A DNA stretch of 64,000 nt from positions 811-64,810 of the forward strand of contig JAJCYV010000027.1 in assembly GCA_029262695.1 (NCBI GenBank), in the 5' to 3' direction. The translations under genes were made by a program, and so were the position numbers. The notes beneath the pieces are model-generated. The model was given only the letters and a program-made list of their open reading frames with translations. It ran no database searches and had not been told where the DNA came from. The first letter of the stretch is position 1. The number at the start of each line of letters is the position of its first letter. This document shows positions 18,931-29,650 of this stretch, piece by piece. Source of the stretch: Chloroflexota bacterium (lineage in GTDB: Bacteria > Chloroflexota > Dehalococcoidia > SM23-28-2 > RBG-16-64-32).

Positions 18931-19503
18931 ATGCGATCCGAAGAACTGGTCGAGAAGCTCGAAGCTGCGCTTGCGGACTACAACCCGCGCCGCATCGACA
19001 ACCCGGCAGCATCGCCGGCTGCGGTGCTTCTCCTGGTCAGGTCCGTGAACAAGGAACCCCACGTCGTCTTCACGGAGCGCACGAGCAACGTCGAACACCA
19101 CAAGGGCCAAATCTGCTTCCCCGGCGGCGGTATGACCGATGCCGACCCGACTGCGGAGGCGACTGCGCTGCGCGAGACGTTCGAAGAGATCGGCGTCAAG
19201 ACGGAGCATGTGCGGATCATTGGCCAGCTCGACGACATGGTCACCGTCAGTGCCTTCCGGGTGTCGCCGTTCGTGGGCGTTTTTGAGCACGACCCTGAGT
19301 ATCAGTACTCGACCTGCGACGTCGAGGTTGCGCAGGTGATAGAGGTGCCGTTCAGTTTCCTTCTGGAAGAGGGAAGCATGGAGCTGGAAGTCCGCGAGCA
19401 CGGCGGCCGGGAAGTGCTCGTCCCGTCTTTCTCGTACGAGGGGCACCGCATTTGGGGCGCCACCGCCCGCATGCTCCACCAGCTGATAGAGCTAGTGCGC
19501 TAG
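18931..19503 (+). CDS. Nudix hydrolase, CoA pyrophosphatase family
   Basis: AAVL, HKGQICFPGG, ALRETFEEIG Nudix box and IWGATA. Confidence 0.9.
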   Translation: MRSEELVEKLEAALADYNPRRIDNPAASPAAVLLLVRSVNKEPHVVFTERTSNVEHHKGQICFPGGGMTDADPTAEATALRETFEEIGVKTEHVRIIGQLDDMVTVSAFRVSPFVGVFEHDPEYQYSTCDVEVAQVIEVPFSFLLEEGSMELEVREHGGREVLVPSFSYEGHRIWGATARMLHQLIELVR

Positions 19504-19508
19504 CCCGC

Positions 19509-19760
19509 GTGCCCGACTCGCCGCCAGCCGATGATTCCGTAGTCCCTCCACTGAAGCGGCCCCCTTGCAGGCGCTGTAAGGTCAGCGATTGGCTAATCGA
19601 GGTGCGCCCGAAGTCACGACTGCGCTGGGCGATCGAGATTCTCTTCGCCGTGCCGGACGTGCTGATCTTCCAGAGCGAATCGGCCGGCTGGCCTGGCAAA
19701 GAGTACGAGCGCTGGACGTGCGCGCGTTGCGGTCGCTCGGTCCGGGTAGCGCGCTCTTGA
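19509..19760 (+). CDS. Small zinc-ribbon protein (CxxC, hydrophobic segment, CxxC)
   Basis: CRRC...WAIEILFAVPDVLIF...CARC; GTG 5 nt after the Nudix stop. Confidence 0.6.
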   Translation: MPDSPPADDSVVPPLKRPPCRRCKVSDWLIEVRPKSRLRWAIEILFAVPDVLIFQSESAGWPGKEYERWTCARCGRSVRVARS

Positions 19761-19860
19761 TGTATCGCTGAACGGCGTCCGAACGGGCCGTTTGCCCGGC
19801 GCGGCGATTGCGGTTACGTTTCACCTGCAACAGGCTCACGCGTGCCAGGGGTAGAGGGAT

Positions 19861-20946
19861 ATGGACGGACCGTCACCGGCCGAGAGGAACGCTATGGCGC
19901 AGCGCCTCATCAGCCGCAACAAGCTGGTCGAGGCGCTCGATCTCTTGAACGAAACGATACGAGACGCCCCTCGCTTTGCCGCAACGTTCGAAAACCGGGC
20001 CGTAGTGTTCGAGGCGCTGGGCATGCACCCGCAAGCGCAGGCTGATAGGCGCAAGGCGGCCGGTCTGCGCGCCGCCCAGCCCGCATCACCGCCGCCGCTG
20101 GACGCGACTCCTGCCGAGCCGCCCGAGTCCGGGTCAGCGGAGGAGCCGGCGCCGATCGTCGCGCCGCCCGGCGATGAATCGTCGGAGGGAAACGAAGCTG
20201 AGCCGCCGGAGAGCGCAGAGGCAGAGGACGCAGAAGAAGAGCCGGAGGACGTTGTAGCCGCGCCTGAGCCGGGCGGTGAGCCGCCGGACGAGCCACCGCC
20301 GCCGGTCATGCCAGCGTATCCGCCGGCGCCTCGGCGTTCGACGGGCGGCGCGCTGCTGCGGGCGGCGGGCGTCGTCCTGTTCGCACTCGGGCTCTTCACG
20401 ATCGCCGGCGTCGTTGCCTACGTCGCGCTCAACTCGATCGGGGACGGCGGCGACGACAGCTCGACGCCCTCGCCGACTGAATCGCCGGCTTCGACGGCGA
20501 CCGCCGAGCCCAGCGAAGGTGGCGCCGGCACGGCGACTGACGTGCCGGCAACGGTAGAGGATGCGCTATCGGGCAGCCCGTACTCGTTCTCGCATCTGGA
20601 GGACGCGTGGCGCGTCCGGGCGCTGGCGGTCTCAGTGGGGGAGATCAGCGAGTCCGTAACGGGCTTCGGGGAACCGGCGGTCGATATCACGCTGAGCGGC
20701 AACGGGGCGACGATGGAGCTGAGCGTTCTCCTCTACGCATCGGCGGAAGCGAAGGACGCGGAGTGGACGCTGGGCGCGGCCCCGGCGCCGAAGGGGGCCG
20801 GCGAGCTGCCCGCCGGATCGTCAGTCTGGTACAACGCCAACGCGATCGTCGTCGTGCGAGTGGCGGATGCGGCGCTGAGGCAGGACGCGCTTGACGGGTT
20901 CCTGGCGCTGGGCGAGGTGGCCGAGGAGTCACCGGCCGAAGAGTGA
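19861..20946 (+). CDS. TPR-containing single-pass membrane protein with acidic Pro/Glu-rich linker
   Basis: N-terminal TPR-like helices (P.FA..FENRA...ALG...A.AD), PE-rich linker, one TM helix, C-terminal domain. Confidence 0.7.
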   Translation: MDGPSPAERNAMAQRLISRNKLVEALDLLNETIRDAPRFAATFENRAVVFEALGMHPQAQADRRKAAGLRAAQPASPPPLDATPAEPPESGSAEEPAPIVAPPGDESSEGNEAEPPESAEAEDAEEEPEDVVAAPEPGGEPPDEPPPPVMPAYPPAPRRSTGGALLRAAGVVLFALGLFTIAGVVAYVALNSIGDGGDDSSTPSPTESPASTATAEPSEGGAGTATDVPATVEDALSGSPYSFSHLEDAWRVRALAVSVGEISESVTGFGEPAVDITLSGNGATMELSVLLYASAEAKDAEWTLGAAPAPKGAGELPAGSSVWYNANAIVVVRVADAALRQDALDGFLALGEVAEESPAEE

Positions 20947-20960
20947 GGGGGCCGGCCTTT

Positions 20961-21743
20961 CTAGAGGATCTGCGAGAGGAAGAGCTTGGTGCGGTCTTCT
21001 TTCGGGGCCTCGAAGAACTCCGCCGGCGTTCCCTGTTCGACGATGAGGCCCTCGTCCATGAACATGATGCGGTCGGCGACGCCCTTGGCGAACCCCATCT
21101 CGTGAGAAACGCAGACCATCGTCATGCCACTCTCGGCCAGCTCGTGCATCACGTCCAGCACCTCCTTGATCATCTCCGGATCGAGGGCGGAGGTCGGCTC
21201 GTCGAAGAGCATGATCTTCGGTTGCATAGCCAGCGCTCGGGCGATCGCTACGCGCTGTTGCTGACCGCCGGATAGCTGCGCCGGATACTTATCGATCTGC
21301 TCCGGGATGCCGACGCGCTCGAGGAGCGAGGCGACAAGCTCCTTGGAGTCGGACTTCTTGAGGTGGCGGACGTGCGTCAACGCGAGGCTGATGTTGCGCT
21401 CGATGGTGAGGTGCGGGAAGAGGTTGAACTGCTGGAAGACGATCCCCACCTCGGAGCGGATCTTCTCGACGTTGCGGAGGTCGTTGTTGAGCTCGACGCC
21501 GTCGATGATGATGGTGCCCTCGTCGTGAGGTTCGAGGCGGTTAAGGGTGCGCAGGAAGGTGGACTTGCCGGAGCCCGACGGCCCGATGATGACGACCACT
21601 TCTCTCTCGCGGACGGTCGTTGACACTCCGCAGAGGGCCTGGAAGTCGCCGAACCATTTCTTGACGTCGCGGCAGACGATGATCTCGTTGCCGAGGTCGT
21701 GGCCTTTGGTGGATGGGGCTTCGATAACGGTGTCGTCGGTCAT
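20961..21743 (-). CDS. aapP: Polar amino-acid ABC transporter ATP-binding protein (AapP/GlnQ-like)
   Basis: [24 protein letters not shown] and [11 protein letters not shown]. Confidence 0.9.
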   Translation of the reverse strand: MTDDTVIEAPSTKGHDLGNEIIVCRDVKKWFGDFQALCGVSTTVREREVVVIIGPSGSGKSTFLRTLNRLEPHDEGTIIIDGVELNNDLRNVEKIRSEVGIVFQQFNLFPHLTIERNISLALTHVRHLKKSDSKELVASLLERVGIPEQIDKYPAQLSGGQQQRVAIARALAMQPKIMLFDEPTSALDPEMIKEVLDVMHELAESGMTMVCVSHEMGFAKGVADRIMFMDEGLIVEQGTPAEFFEAPKEDRTKLFLSQIL

Positions 21744-21747
21744 GGCT

Positions 21748-23004
21748 TTAACGCTCTCCAACGCCCAGGTTACGCTCCAGTTGCTGGCTGGCGCGCGACA
21801 TTGAGAAGGCCACTACCCAGTATATCAACGCGATGAAGAGCAGGGCCTCCGCGTGATGGCCGATGAAGCCCGGCTGCGCCGGCGCAATCCGCGCTACGGC
21901 GAGTAGGTCCGTGAGCGCGAGGATGAAGACGAGTGAGGTGTCCTTGAAGAGGCTGATGAACTGGCTGACGAGCGCCGGAATGACGGCTCGCAGTGCCTGC
22001 GGCAGAACGATCAGAGTGAGGACTTGCAGTCCACCGAGCCCGAGCGCCTGACCGGCCTCCACTTGCCCGCGCGGCACGGCCTGAAGGCCGCCGCGGACGA
22101 TCTCCGCGATATAGGCCGCCGAGAAGAGGATCAGGCCGAGCATCGCCATGAAGACGACCGACATCTCATAGCCCGTAATCGGGATGCCGAGAACGCTGGT
22201 CTCGTGCCTGATGGCCAACCGGAGGATGAAGAACGACATGTAGAGGATCGTGACGAGCGGGACTGCACGGATCATTTCGATGTAGGCGACGCAGAAGATG
22301 CGGATCACGGGGAAGGTGCTGGCGCGGCCGATCGCCAGGAGAACGCCGAGCGGGAACGAGACGGCGATGCCGACGGTGGCGAGGACCATCGTCAGGAAGA
22401 AGCCGCCCCATTCGCGGTCCGGCACGTGAGAGAAGAGCCCGCCCTGGCCCGGCAGGAACGACGGGTAGAGGGCGGTCGGCAGCATGGCCGCCATGAAGCC
22501 AAGGATCCAGAGCCAGACCGTTGTGCTGCGCGCGCGGTCGCGGAAGCGTGAGAAGCGGACGGGCCAGGCCGCGAAGTAGGCCGCGGCGAACGTCGCGATG
22601 CAGGTGCTCGTGAGGATGAGCGCGTCGCCCTCGAGCATGAAGATGTAGAGAGGTACGCAGGCGGCAGCGAAGGCCAGCGGGCGGCGCAGGTCGAGGCTAC
22701 CCCAGAGTCTCCACGAGAGGCCAGACAAGGCGGCCGTGCCGTGGAGCAGTACCCAGATGCGCCAGAACTCATCACGCGGGAAGGGGCCAGTGAAGAACAG
22801 CCCGCGGTTGGCCTCGATGATCTCCCACTCGGCCGTGGCGAAGACGAAGCGCGCCGCCTGGAATGCGGCGAAGCTGAGCATCACCACCGTGACGACGGTG
22901 AGGACTGAGTTGCCCGGGCTGCTGAAGAGGTTGGCTCGCGCCCAGCGGAAGGCGACGACGTGTGGCGGCAGCACGGGGGGGGCGGGGCGGCTCGCAGCGG
23001 TCAT
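21748..23004 (-). CDS. aapM: Amino-acid ABC permease (AapM-like)
   Basis: [27 protein letters not shown] and [10 protein letters not shown]; ATGA overlap with the upstream permease. Confidence 0.85.
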   Translation of the reverse strand: MTAASRPAPPVLPPHVVAFRWARANLFSSPGNSVLTVVTVVMLSFAAFQAARFVFATAEWEIIEANRGLFFTGPFPRDEFWRIWVLLHGTAALSGLSWRLWGSLDLRRPLAFAAACVPLYIFMLEGDALILTSTCIATFAAAYFAAWPVRFSRFRDRARSTTVWLWILGFMAAMLPTALYPSFLPGQGGLFSHVPDREWGGFFLTMVLATVGIAVSFPLGVLLAIGRASTFPVIRIFCVAYIEMIRAVPLVTILYMSFFILRLAIRHETSVLGIPITGYEMSVVFMAMLGLILFSAAYIAEIVRGGLQAVPRGQVEAGQALGLGGLQVLTLIVLPQALRAVIPALVSQFISLFKDTSLVFILALTDLLAVARIAPAQPGFIGHHAEALLFIALIYWVVAFSMSRASQQLERNLGVGER

Positions 23005-24260
23005 TGCCGGGCAGACCTCCATTTGAGCCGGCTGTAGATGCCGTTCATGACGGCAGAGATCGTGAGGCTGAGGCTGAGGTAGGCGGCCATGAGGAGCGCC
23101 ACCAACGGCACTGCCTGGCCCGCCTGGTTGATCGTGACGGCGCCGACGTCGAAGAGGTCCTTGTACGCGACGGCGACGGCGAGGCTGGAGTTCTTCATGA
23201 GGTTCAGGTACTGGTTGGTGAGTGGCGGAATGATAATCGCCATGGCCTGGGGGAGAATGACGAGCCGCAGGCGCTGTGAGCCGTTGAAGCCGAGGGCTTG
23301 AGCGGCCTCAGTCTGGCCTTTAGGGATGGCGAGGATGCTGCCCCGGACGATCTCGGCGATGAAGGAGGCGGTGTAGATGCTGAGTCCGAAGAGGAGCGCC
23401 GTGAACTCCGGCCTGATCGTCATGCCGCCTTCGTATGAGAACCGGCCGACCTCTGGCGAGTCGACGTCAAGCGGTGCGCCCAGGATCAGGAAGCTGGCGC
23501 CGGCGATGGCGAGGAGGGCCCCGGACGCCCCCCACCACGGATAGCTCGGCTGTCCCGTCTCATCCTGCCGGCGCGTCAATAGATAGCGGACTGCGCCCGC
23601 AACGACGATCGCGATAGCGACGAAGATGAACCAGGTGCCGAACCCACTCGTGCCGTGGACTTCGGGTAGGGCGAGGCCGCGGACGGAGAGGAAGGCGATA
23701 CCGAAGAAGTCGAGGGAGTCGCCAATCCTCGGCGCCTTGAGGAAGACGGCGACGTACCAGAAGATGAGCTGTACGACCAGCGGAACGTTGCGGAACGTCT
23801 CGACGTAGAGCGTGGCGACGCGCGAGACGAGCCAGTTGGAGGAGAGTCGCGATACACCGACGATTACGCCGAGCACGGTGGCGATGGCGATGCCGATGAT
23901 CGAGACCTGAATTGTGTTCAGAAGGCCGGTAATGAACGCGCGAGAGTACGAGTCACTCGCCGAATAGTCGAAGCCGAAGGAAGTCTGGTCGATGCTGAAG
24001 CCAGCGCGCTGATCGAGGAAGTCGGCGCTGACATCGATGAAGGGGAACGACCCTTTGGTGCTGACGAACGGGAAGATCTCCAGGCCGATGCCCTCCAGCT
24101 CAGCCTGGATATTGGCGATGAGGACGTAGCCGAAGACGAGGATGACAAGGGCGAAGACGGCCTGGAACAGGTACCGCCGGACGCGCTCGTTGCTCAAGAC
24201 CGTGAGCAACAACGCCGGAGCCCCCAGTAGGCGCCGCTGCGGTCGGGAGGAGGCGGTCAA
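23001..24260 (-). CDS. aapQ: Amino-acid ABC permease (AapQ-like)
   Basis: FLDQRAGF, GLLNT, RLSSNWL, FIAEIVRG and NQYLNLMKNSSLA. Confidence 0.85.
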   Translation of the reverse strand: MTASSRPQRRLLGAPALLLTVLSNERVRRYLFQAVFALVILVFGYVLIANIQAELEGIGLEIFPFVSTKGSFPFIDVSADFLDQRAGFSIDQTSFGFDYSASDSYSRAFITGLLNTIQVSIIGIAIATVLGVIVGVSRLSSNWLVSRVATLYVETFRNVPLVVQLIFWYVAVFLKAPRIGDSLDFFGIAFLSVRGLALPEVHGTSGFGTWFIFVAIAIVVAGAVRYLLTRRQDETGQPSYPWWGASGALLAIAGASFLILGAPLDVDSPEVGRFSYEGGMTIRPEFTALLFGLSIYTASFIAEIVRGSILAIPKGQTEAAQALGFNGSQRLRLVILPQAMAIIIPPLTNQYLNLMKNSSLAVAVAYKDLFDVGAVTINQAGQAVPLVALLMAAYLSLSLTISAVMNGIYSRLKWRSARQ

Positions 24261-24280
24261 GTGTCCAGGCTTATGAGGTA

Positions 24281-24311
24281 GGTGGCCCGGCTGAATCTCA
24301 GCCGGGCCACC
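24281..24311 (-). terminator. Intercistronic hairpin after the binding-protein gene
   Basis: GGTGGCCCGGCTGA-ATC-TCAGCCGGGCCACC perfect 14-bp stem. Confidence 0.6.
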
Positions 24312-24343
24312 ATGCTATCGCTAACCAGCCATGTCTTTCGCGC

Positions 24344-25474
24344 TTACTTGAACGGCGGGCTGTAGATCATGCCGCCGTCAGTCCAGAGAGCGTTGAGCGT
24401 GCCGGCGCGCACGATGCCAATCGGCGTGACGTTCGTTTCGTAGATTTCGCCGTAGTTGCCGACCTGAGCAATCACGTCCTGCATGAAGGTCACGTCGACG
24501 TCGAGGCCGGTGTCAGTCACCGCTTCGCCCCCGAATCCGACGCCCAGAAGGCGCGCGACCGAGACGCTCGGTGGGTCAGCAGCCATCGCAGCGACGTTGC
24601 TGCTGGTAACGCCCAGTTCCTCCGCCGCGATCGTGCCGATAACGACCCAGTTGACGATGTCGGACCACTGGGCGTCGTTGTCAATCGTGACGGGGCCGAG
24701 CGGCTCCTTGGAGAACGTCTCTCCGAGGACGACCAGCGCTTCGGGGCCACCGGAGTCAGCCGGGAACTCAGAGCGGCGACCAGCCAACTGCGACTTGTCG
24801 GAAGTCCAGCCGTCACAGCGCTCTTCGATGAACGCCGTCTGCAGCGTGTCGTTGCTATCATACGTGACGAGCTCGGCGTCGGGGAGGCGGTCCGTCAGGT
24901 TCAGTTCGGTCGTCGTGCCCTCCAGCGAGCAGATCGTCGCGGCGGCAAGGTCGTCGACGCTGGTGAATCCGTCTGCGGCGCGGACCATCATGCCCTGACC
25001 GTCGTAGAACGTGGTCGTGGCGAAGGTGAGACCGCTGTCTGCGTCGCGGCCCGTCGTCCACGTGGTGTTGCGGATGAGGACGTCGACCTGTCCGGTCTGA
25101 ACCGCGGTCAACCGGGCCGACGCCGAAAGTGGCGTATAGTCAACGGCCTCGGAGTCGCCGAGGACGGCTGCGGCTACCGCCTTGCAGTAGTCGATGTCAA
25201 AGCCCGCAAACGAGCCGTCCGGCAGCAGGTTGCCGAATCCGGGGACGGCGTTGTTGACGCCGCAGTTCAGGCTACCGCGGTCGATCACGTCCTGCAGGAT
25301 CTGGCTGTGGCTGCCGCTGGGTGCGTCGGTATCGGTGGGTGCTGCGGTGCCGTCACCTGGGGTTGGGCTGTCGGTGGCGTCCCCGTCGTCGTCATCGCCG
25401 CAGGCCGCGAATACAATCACGGCCAGAGCAACGAGAAGCAGGGGAAGAATAGCCACGGAGCGCTTGAGCGTCAT
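24344..25474 (-). CDS. aapJ: Amino-acid ABC substrate-binding lipoprotein (AapJ-like)
   Basis: Lipobox FAAC; RGSLNCGV, RNTTWT, FYDGQG, SKEPLGP and VGNYGEIY. Confidence 0.9.
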   Translation of the reverse strand: MTLKRSVAILPLLLVALAVIVFAACGDDDDGDATDSPTPGDGTAAPTDTDAPSGSHSQILQDVIDRGSLNCGVNNAVPGFGNLLPDGSFAGFDIDYCKAVAAAVLGDSEAVDYTPLSASARLTAVQTGQVDVLIRNTTWTTGRDADSGLTFATTTFYDGQGMMVRAADGFTSVDDLAAATICSLEGTTTELNLTDRLPDAELVTYDSNDTLQTAFIEERCDGWTSDKSQLAGRRSEFPADSGGPEALVVLGETFSKEPLGPVTIDNDAQWSDIVNWVVIGTIAAEELGVTSSNVAAMAADPPSVSVARLLGVGFGGEAVTDTGLDVDVTFMQDVIAQVGNYGEIYETNVTPIGIVRAGTLNALWTDGGMIYSPPFK

Positions 25475-25595
25475 GAGTCCCTCCTTAGAGTTACTGTTCG
25501 TTCGTCTGGGTGGTCTATGACCGCTATCGATATGTCCGGGCTTAGAGTATGCCGGATTCTAGACAGGCAGGGGGTGTTGCGTCAAGTCGCGGTGG

Positions 25596-26312
25596 TCAGC
25601 GCTCGTCTCGGTTCGGAGTCACGTCGTTTCGCACGCCGGCGCAGTCTTCGTCCGCGTTCGTGGCGGGACAGGCGAGCGCCGTTGCCGTCCGGGTGTCGCC
25701 ACCGCGCAGGAGGTTGCCTGAGTAGTTGTCCTCCCCCGCCTGGATTTGCCAGCCGGAAAGCGTCCTGCCTTCGGCCGTAAGAAGCGAAGCGCGGTCGTCG
25801 AGGCAGGCAGCGGCGGGCTCGACGGCCGTGCAGAAATAGAGGTGCAGGTGCGGCCCGGGCACGGTGCCGCCCCGCCGGTGCTCGCAAGAGGGGTTGCCGA
25901 GTGGTGCTCCGGCCTCGACGATGTCGCCGGGCGCGACGGCCAGGCTGGAGGAGCGCAGGTGGTAGTAGCCGGTGCGGATTCCATCGCCGTGTTCGATCTC
26001 GACGAGGGAGCGATCGGCGACGCGCACGACGCCGGACGCAGCGGCCGTGATCCAGTACTCGTCGTTCTCCGAGGGGTCGCAGAGGAATCCGGTCAGGGGA
26101 GCGCGCGGGGCAAAGTCCAGTGCGTAGCGCGGGGCGCCGCTGGGACAGATGTCGGCGGCGCTGTCGCAATGTGGCCCGCCCACGAAGAACCAGGCTTCGT
26201 CTGCCGCCCAGGGCAGCCGGAACGAGTCCGCATCCCGCGGATCACCATCGTCCCCGGTGCAGGCGACGGCGAGCGCCAGGGAGACAGCGCTCAGGATGAT
26301 GAGACGGCTCAT
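25596..26312 (-). CDS. M23-family metallopeptidase lipoprotein (Cys-rich)
   Basis: Lipobox AVAC; YALDF, AAASGVV, YYHL and GPHLH motifs. Confidence 0.8.
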   Translation of the reverse strand: MSRLIILSAVSLALAVACTGDDGDPRDADSFRLPWAADEAWFFVGGPHCDSAADICPSGAPRYALDFAPRAPLTGFLCDPSENDEYWITAAASGVVRVADRSLVEIEHGDGIRTGYYHLRSSSLAVAPGDIVEAGAPLGNPSCEHRRGGTVPGPHLHLYFCTAVEPAAACLDDRASLLTAEGRTLSGWQIQAGEDNYSGNLLRGGDTRTATALACPATNADEDCAGVRNDVTPNRDER

Positions 26313-26397
26313 GAGAGCCACTGTACGGGAAACGCTGTTTTGGGGTGTCCGCCGGGGCTGATTCGAGGTCTTCAACCTGTCGCCGCGGGGGTTGGCT

Positions 26398-27123
26398 TTA
26401 CGCCGGCTGGAGGTGCCTCTCGAAGAAGGTCAGCATCCGGGACCAGGCGTCCTCTGCGGCCGACTCGTCATATCGGGCCCGTAAGGGGCTCAGCGCGCCT
26501 ACGGCGCCCGCCAGGCCGCTGCGTTGGCTCATGAAGCTGTGCCCGGCGTCGTCATAGATTTCGACATCGTGCGCGACGCCGAGTTCCTCAAGGCACCGCT
26601 CGAGGCGGCGGCCCCTTTCCGCAAAGAGGCGATCCTGGCCGCCGTAGCTGGCGATCACCGGGCAGATCCCTTCAAGGTCATGCACCTGGCGGGGCACGTC
26701 ACCATAGAACGTCGCTGCGGCTCCCACCGTGGTGGTCGTTCCCATGAGGAGGGCGAATCCCCCTCCCATACAGAAGCCGGCTACACCGATGCGTGAGCTA
26801 TCGACATCTGAGCGTTGCGCGAGGAGGTCCCTCGCCGCCTCCAGAACCTCAAGGGCCCTTCCGCCTCCCCGGCGATAGGAGGCGACTGTCCGGACGATGC
26901 AGATGGGCATGGGGCCGAGTCCCGCGAACAGGTCTGGCGCCAGAGCGACGTAGCCGGAGTCGGCGAATCGGCGCGTAATACGACGGATGTCGTCGTTCAG
27001 GCCGGTGATTTCGTGGATGACGACGACAGCGGGCCAGGGCCCCTGGCCCGACTCCGGCAAGGCCAGCGAGGCCGGGATGCCGGTCCCGCCGTACTGAACG
27101 TTGACTTCGTTTTGGGTCGTCAT
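26398..27123 (-). CDS. Dienelactone hydrolase family protein
   Basis: VVVIHEITGLN, ALAPDL, nucleophile motif GFCMGG and AGHSF; true start ATG 27123. Confidence 0.9.
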   Translation of the reverse strand: MTTQNEVNVQYGGTGIPASLALPESGQGPWPAVVVIHEITGLNDDIRRITRRFADSGYVALAPDLFAGLGPMPICIVRTVASYRRGGGRALEVLEAARDLLAQRSDVDSSRIGVAGFCMGGGFALLMGTTTTVGAAATFYGDVPRQVHDLEGICPVIASYGGQDRLFAERGRRLERCLEELGVAHDVEIYDDAGHSFMSQRSGLAGAVGALSPLRARYDESAAEDAWSRMLTFFERHLQPA

Positions 27124-27133
27124 GGTATGTGCT

Positions 27134-27211
27134 GGGCAAGGAAGACGGAGCGAAAGACTGGATGCGGCCGACAGCCGCCCGGACGGGCGAACCCACGATC
27201 CCCTGCTGGCA
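27134..27211 (-). repeat. Degenerate tRNA-Gly 3'-half copy (anticodon loop to acceptor) with a 23-nt T-loop insertion; att-like copy B
   Basis: 27147-27166 matches the tRNA at 17/20, 27167-27189 is the insert, 27190-27211 matches at 19/23 and ends in the anticodon loop. Confidence 0.8.
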
Positions 27212-27315
27212 GTTAGAAGGATACGCGATGGTGGCGGGTTCGGACAGATAGAACTCGGGTTGGCAATCGCGATACACTGCGGTGACTGCGACGTGAGAAG
27301 GAGCGCCTTTACGGA

Positions 27316-28608
27316 ATGACGAACCATCGACTCGGGATACTGGTGGGCGGCGGCCCGGCGCCGGGGATCAACAGCGCCCTGAGCGCCGCCACTATTGGGG
27401 CGATCCAGGCCGGCCTTGATGTGGTCGGCATATATGACGGGTTCCAGCATCTCATGCTGGGACGGACCGACATGGTCCGGCGTCTCGGCATCCCGGACGT
27501 CTCGCGCATTCATTTTCAGGGCGGATCGATCATCCGGACGTCGAGGGCGAACCCGGCGCGCAGCGAAGAGGACCTTGAGGTCACCGTTGAGGCGCTCCGG
27601 AATCTTGAGCTGAGCCATCTGATCACGATCGGGGGCGAAGATACGGCATCCTCGGCCGCCCGGATCTGTGAGCAGGGCGGGGCTGACATCCGCGTTGCGC
27701 ACATCCCCAAGACGATCGACAACGATCTGCCGCTGCCGGCGAACGCGCCAACGTTTGGGTTCGAGACGGCGCGACACGTCGGCACGCAGTGGACGCTGAA
27801 CCTGATGGAAGAGTCGCGTTCGACGAATCGCTGGTGCCTCGTCGCGGTCATGGGACGTTCGGCGGGTCACCTGGCGCTCGGCATCGGGAAGGCGGCGGGA
27901 GCGACGGTGACGATTATCCCGGAGGAGTTCTCCACCTCGACGATTTCGCTCGACGACGTCTGTCTCATCATCGAAGGCGCGATCCTCAAGCGGAGGGCTC
28001 TGGGCTTTCGCCACGGCCTCGCCGTGATCGCCGAGGGCGTCGCCGCCAAGATGGACCCCGAGCAGCTCGCGAACATTCCGGGCGTCGAGGTGGGGCACGA
28101 CACGCACGGGCACATCCGGCTGGAGAAGATCCCGCTTGCGGCCATCATCGAGCGGGAGGTCATGCGCCGCTTTGCCGAGCGTGGGGAGTCACTGTCGCTT
28201 GTTTCCGTAAGCCTCGGGTACGAGCTCCGGTGCGCCGACCCGATTCCTTTCGACATCGACTACACGCGAACGCTCGGATATGGGGCGATCCGATTTCTCG
28301 TCAGGGACGCGGCGGTCGATCCAGCGCTTTCGGGCGGCCTGGTCTGCCTGGAGGACGGCCGCCTCCGCGTGCTTCCGTTCGAAGAGGTGCAGGACCCGCA
28401 AACGGGGCGCATCAACACACGGATGGTCGACGTACAGTCGGAGCACTATCGGGTGGCCCGCGAGTACATGATCCGCATGCGTCGGAGCGACCTCGACGAT
28501 GACGCAATCATGTCGCGTCTCAAAGCGGAGGCGATGTTGAGCGGCGACCGCCTTTCGCAACGGTTCTCACCGATGTTCGACGCCGACGTACTACAGGGTG
28601 CGCTGTGA
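27316..28608 (+). CDS. pfp: Pyrophosphate-dependent phosphofructokinase
   Basis: GGGPAPGIN, GGEDT (Asp signature of PPi use), PKTIDND, MGRSAGHLALG and LGYELRCADP. Confidence 0.9.
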   Translation: MTNHRLGILVGGGPAPGINSALSAATIGAIQAGLDVVGIYDGFQHLMLGRTDMVRRLGIPDVSRIHFQGGSIIRTSRANPARSEEDLEVTVEALRNLELSHLITIGGEDTASSAARICEQGGADIRVAHIPKTIDNDLPLPANAPTFGFETARHVGTQWTLNLMEESRSTNRWCLVAVMGRSAGHLALGIGKAAGATVTIIPEEFSTSTISLDDVCLIIEGAILKRRALGFRHGLAVIAEGVAAKMDPEQLANIPGVEVGHDTHGHIRLEKIPLAAIIEREVMRRFAERGESLSLVSVSLGYELRCADPIPFDIDYTRTLGYGAIRFLVRDAAVDPALSGGLVCLEDGRLRVLPFEEVQDPQTGRINTRMVDVQSEHYRVAREYMIRMRRSDLDDDAIMSRLKAEAMLSGDRLSQRFSPMFDADVLQGAL

Positions 28609-29624
28609 CCGACTCCGATACCCTGATCGCGACCGCGAAGGCGATGGTCGCACCCGGAAAGGGCATCCTTGCGGCCGACGAATCGATCAAGACCTGCACG
28701 AAGCGGTTTGCCGAGTTCGGGATCGAGTCCACCGAGACGAGCCGTCGCGACTACCGCGAGATGATGTTCCGGGCGCCAGGGGTTGGCGAGTACGTCAGCG
28801 GGGCGATCCTCTACGACGAAACGATCCGCCAGAATGCGGCAGACGGCTCCCGGATCGTCGATGTGCTGAAGGATGCCGGGGTCTTGCCGGGGATCAAAGT
28901 CGACACGGGCGCGAAGCCGCTCGCCGGCGCTCCGGGTGAGACGATCACCGAAGGCCTTGACGGCCTGCGAGATCGCCTCGCAGAGTACCGCGAGATCGGC
29001 GCGCGCTTCACGAAGTGGCGCGCTGTCCTCAGCGTCAGCGACGAGATGCCCAGCCGGTATTGCATCGAGACGAACGCGCACGCGCTGGGCCGGTACGCGG
29101 CTCTGGCGCAGGAGGCGGGCCTTGTCCCGATCGTCGAGCCGGAAGTGTTGATGATCGGCAACCACGACGTCCAGCGCTGCCGCGCGGTCACGGAACAAGC
29201 GCTGCAAACGACGTTCGAGCAGATGTCGGCGCAGCGCGTGCTACTGGAAGGCATCGTTCTCAAGCCGAACATGGTGATCTCCGGAAGCGATTGCCCGCGG
29301 CAGGCTACGAGCGACGAGATCGCTGAGCTGACGCTCAGCACACTGCGCGAGTTCGTGCCCCCCGAGGTGCCCGGAATCGCCTTCCTGTCCGGTGGGCAGA
29401 CGGGCGAGGAAGCCTGCACGAACCTCGACGCGATGGTGCGCCGTGGCGGTCTTCCGTGGGAGCTGACGTACTCTTTCGGGCGCGCTCTGCAGTACCCGAG
29501 CCTCGAGATTTGGGGCGGCTCGAACGTCGCCGAAGCCCAAGCAGCGCTGTTACACCGCGCGCGCATGAGCAGCCTTGCGCGGTCGGGCCGCTACTCCGCA
29601 GGAGAAGAACGCGCCGCCGTCTGA
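28605..29624 (+). CDS. Fructose-bisphosphate aldolase class I (eukaryote-like family)
   Basis: [26 protein letters not shown], Schiff-base LKPNMV, FLSGGQ and YSFGRALQ. Confidence 0.95.
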   Translation: MTDSDTLIATAKAMVAPGKGILAADESIKTCTKRFAEFGIESTETSRRDYREMMFRAPGVGEYVSGAILYDETIRQNAADGSRIVDVLKDAGVLPGIKVDTGAKPLAGAPGETITEGLDGLRDRLAEYREIGARFTKWRAVLSVSDEMPSRYCIETNAHALGRYAALAQEAGLVPIVEPEVLMIGNHDVQRCRAVTEQALQTTFEQMSAQRVLLEGIVLKPNMVISGSDCPRQATSDEIAELTLSTLREFVPPEVPGIAFLSGGQTGEEACTNLDAMVRRGGLPWELTYSFGRALQYPSLEIWGGSNVAEAQAALLHRARMSSLARSGRYSAGEERAAV

Positions 29625-29650
29625 CGTCAGGCACGTCTGAGGCGGCGTCT

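Noticed and set aside
18456-18932. 158-aa and other 60-125-aa ORFs downstream of the tRNA
   Set aside because: No motifs, they overlap strong hairpins or the Nudix start, and the 52-aa repeat frame is better supported
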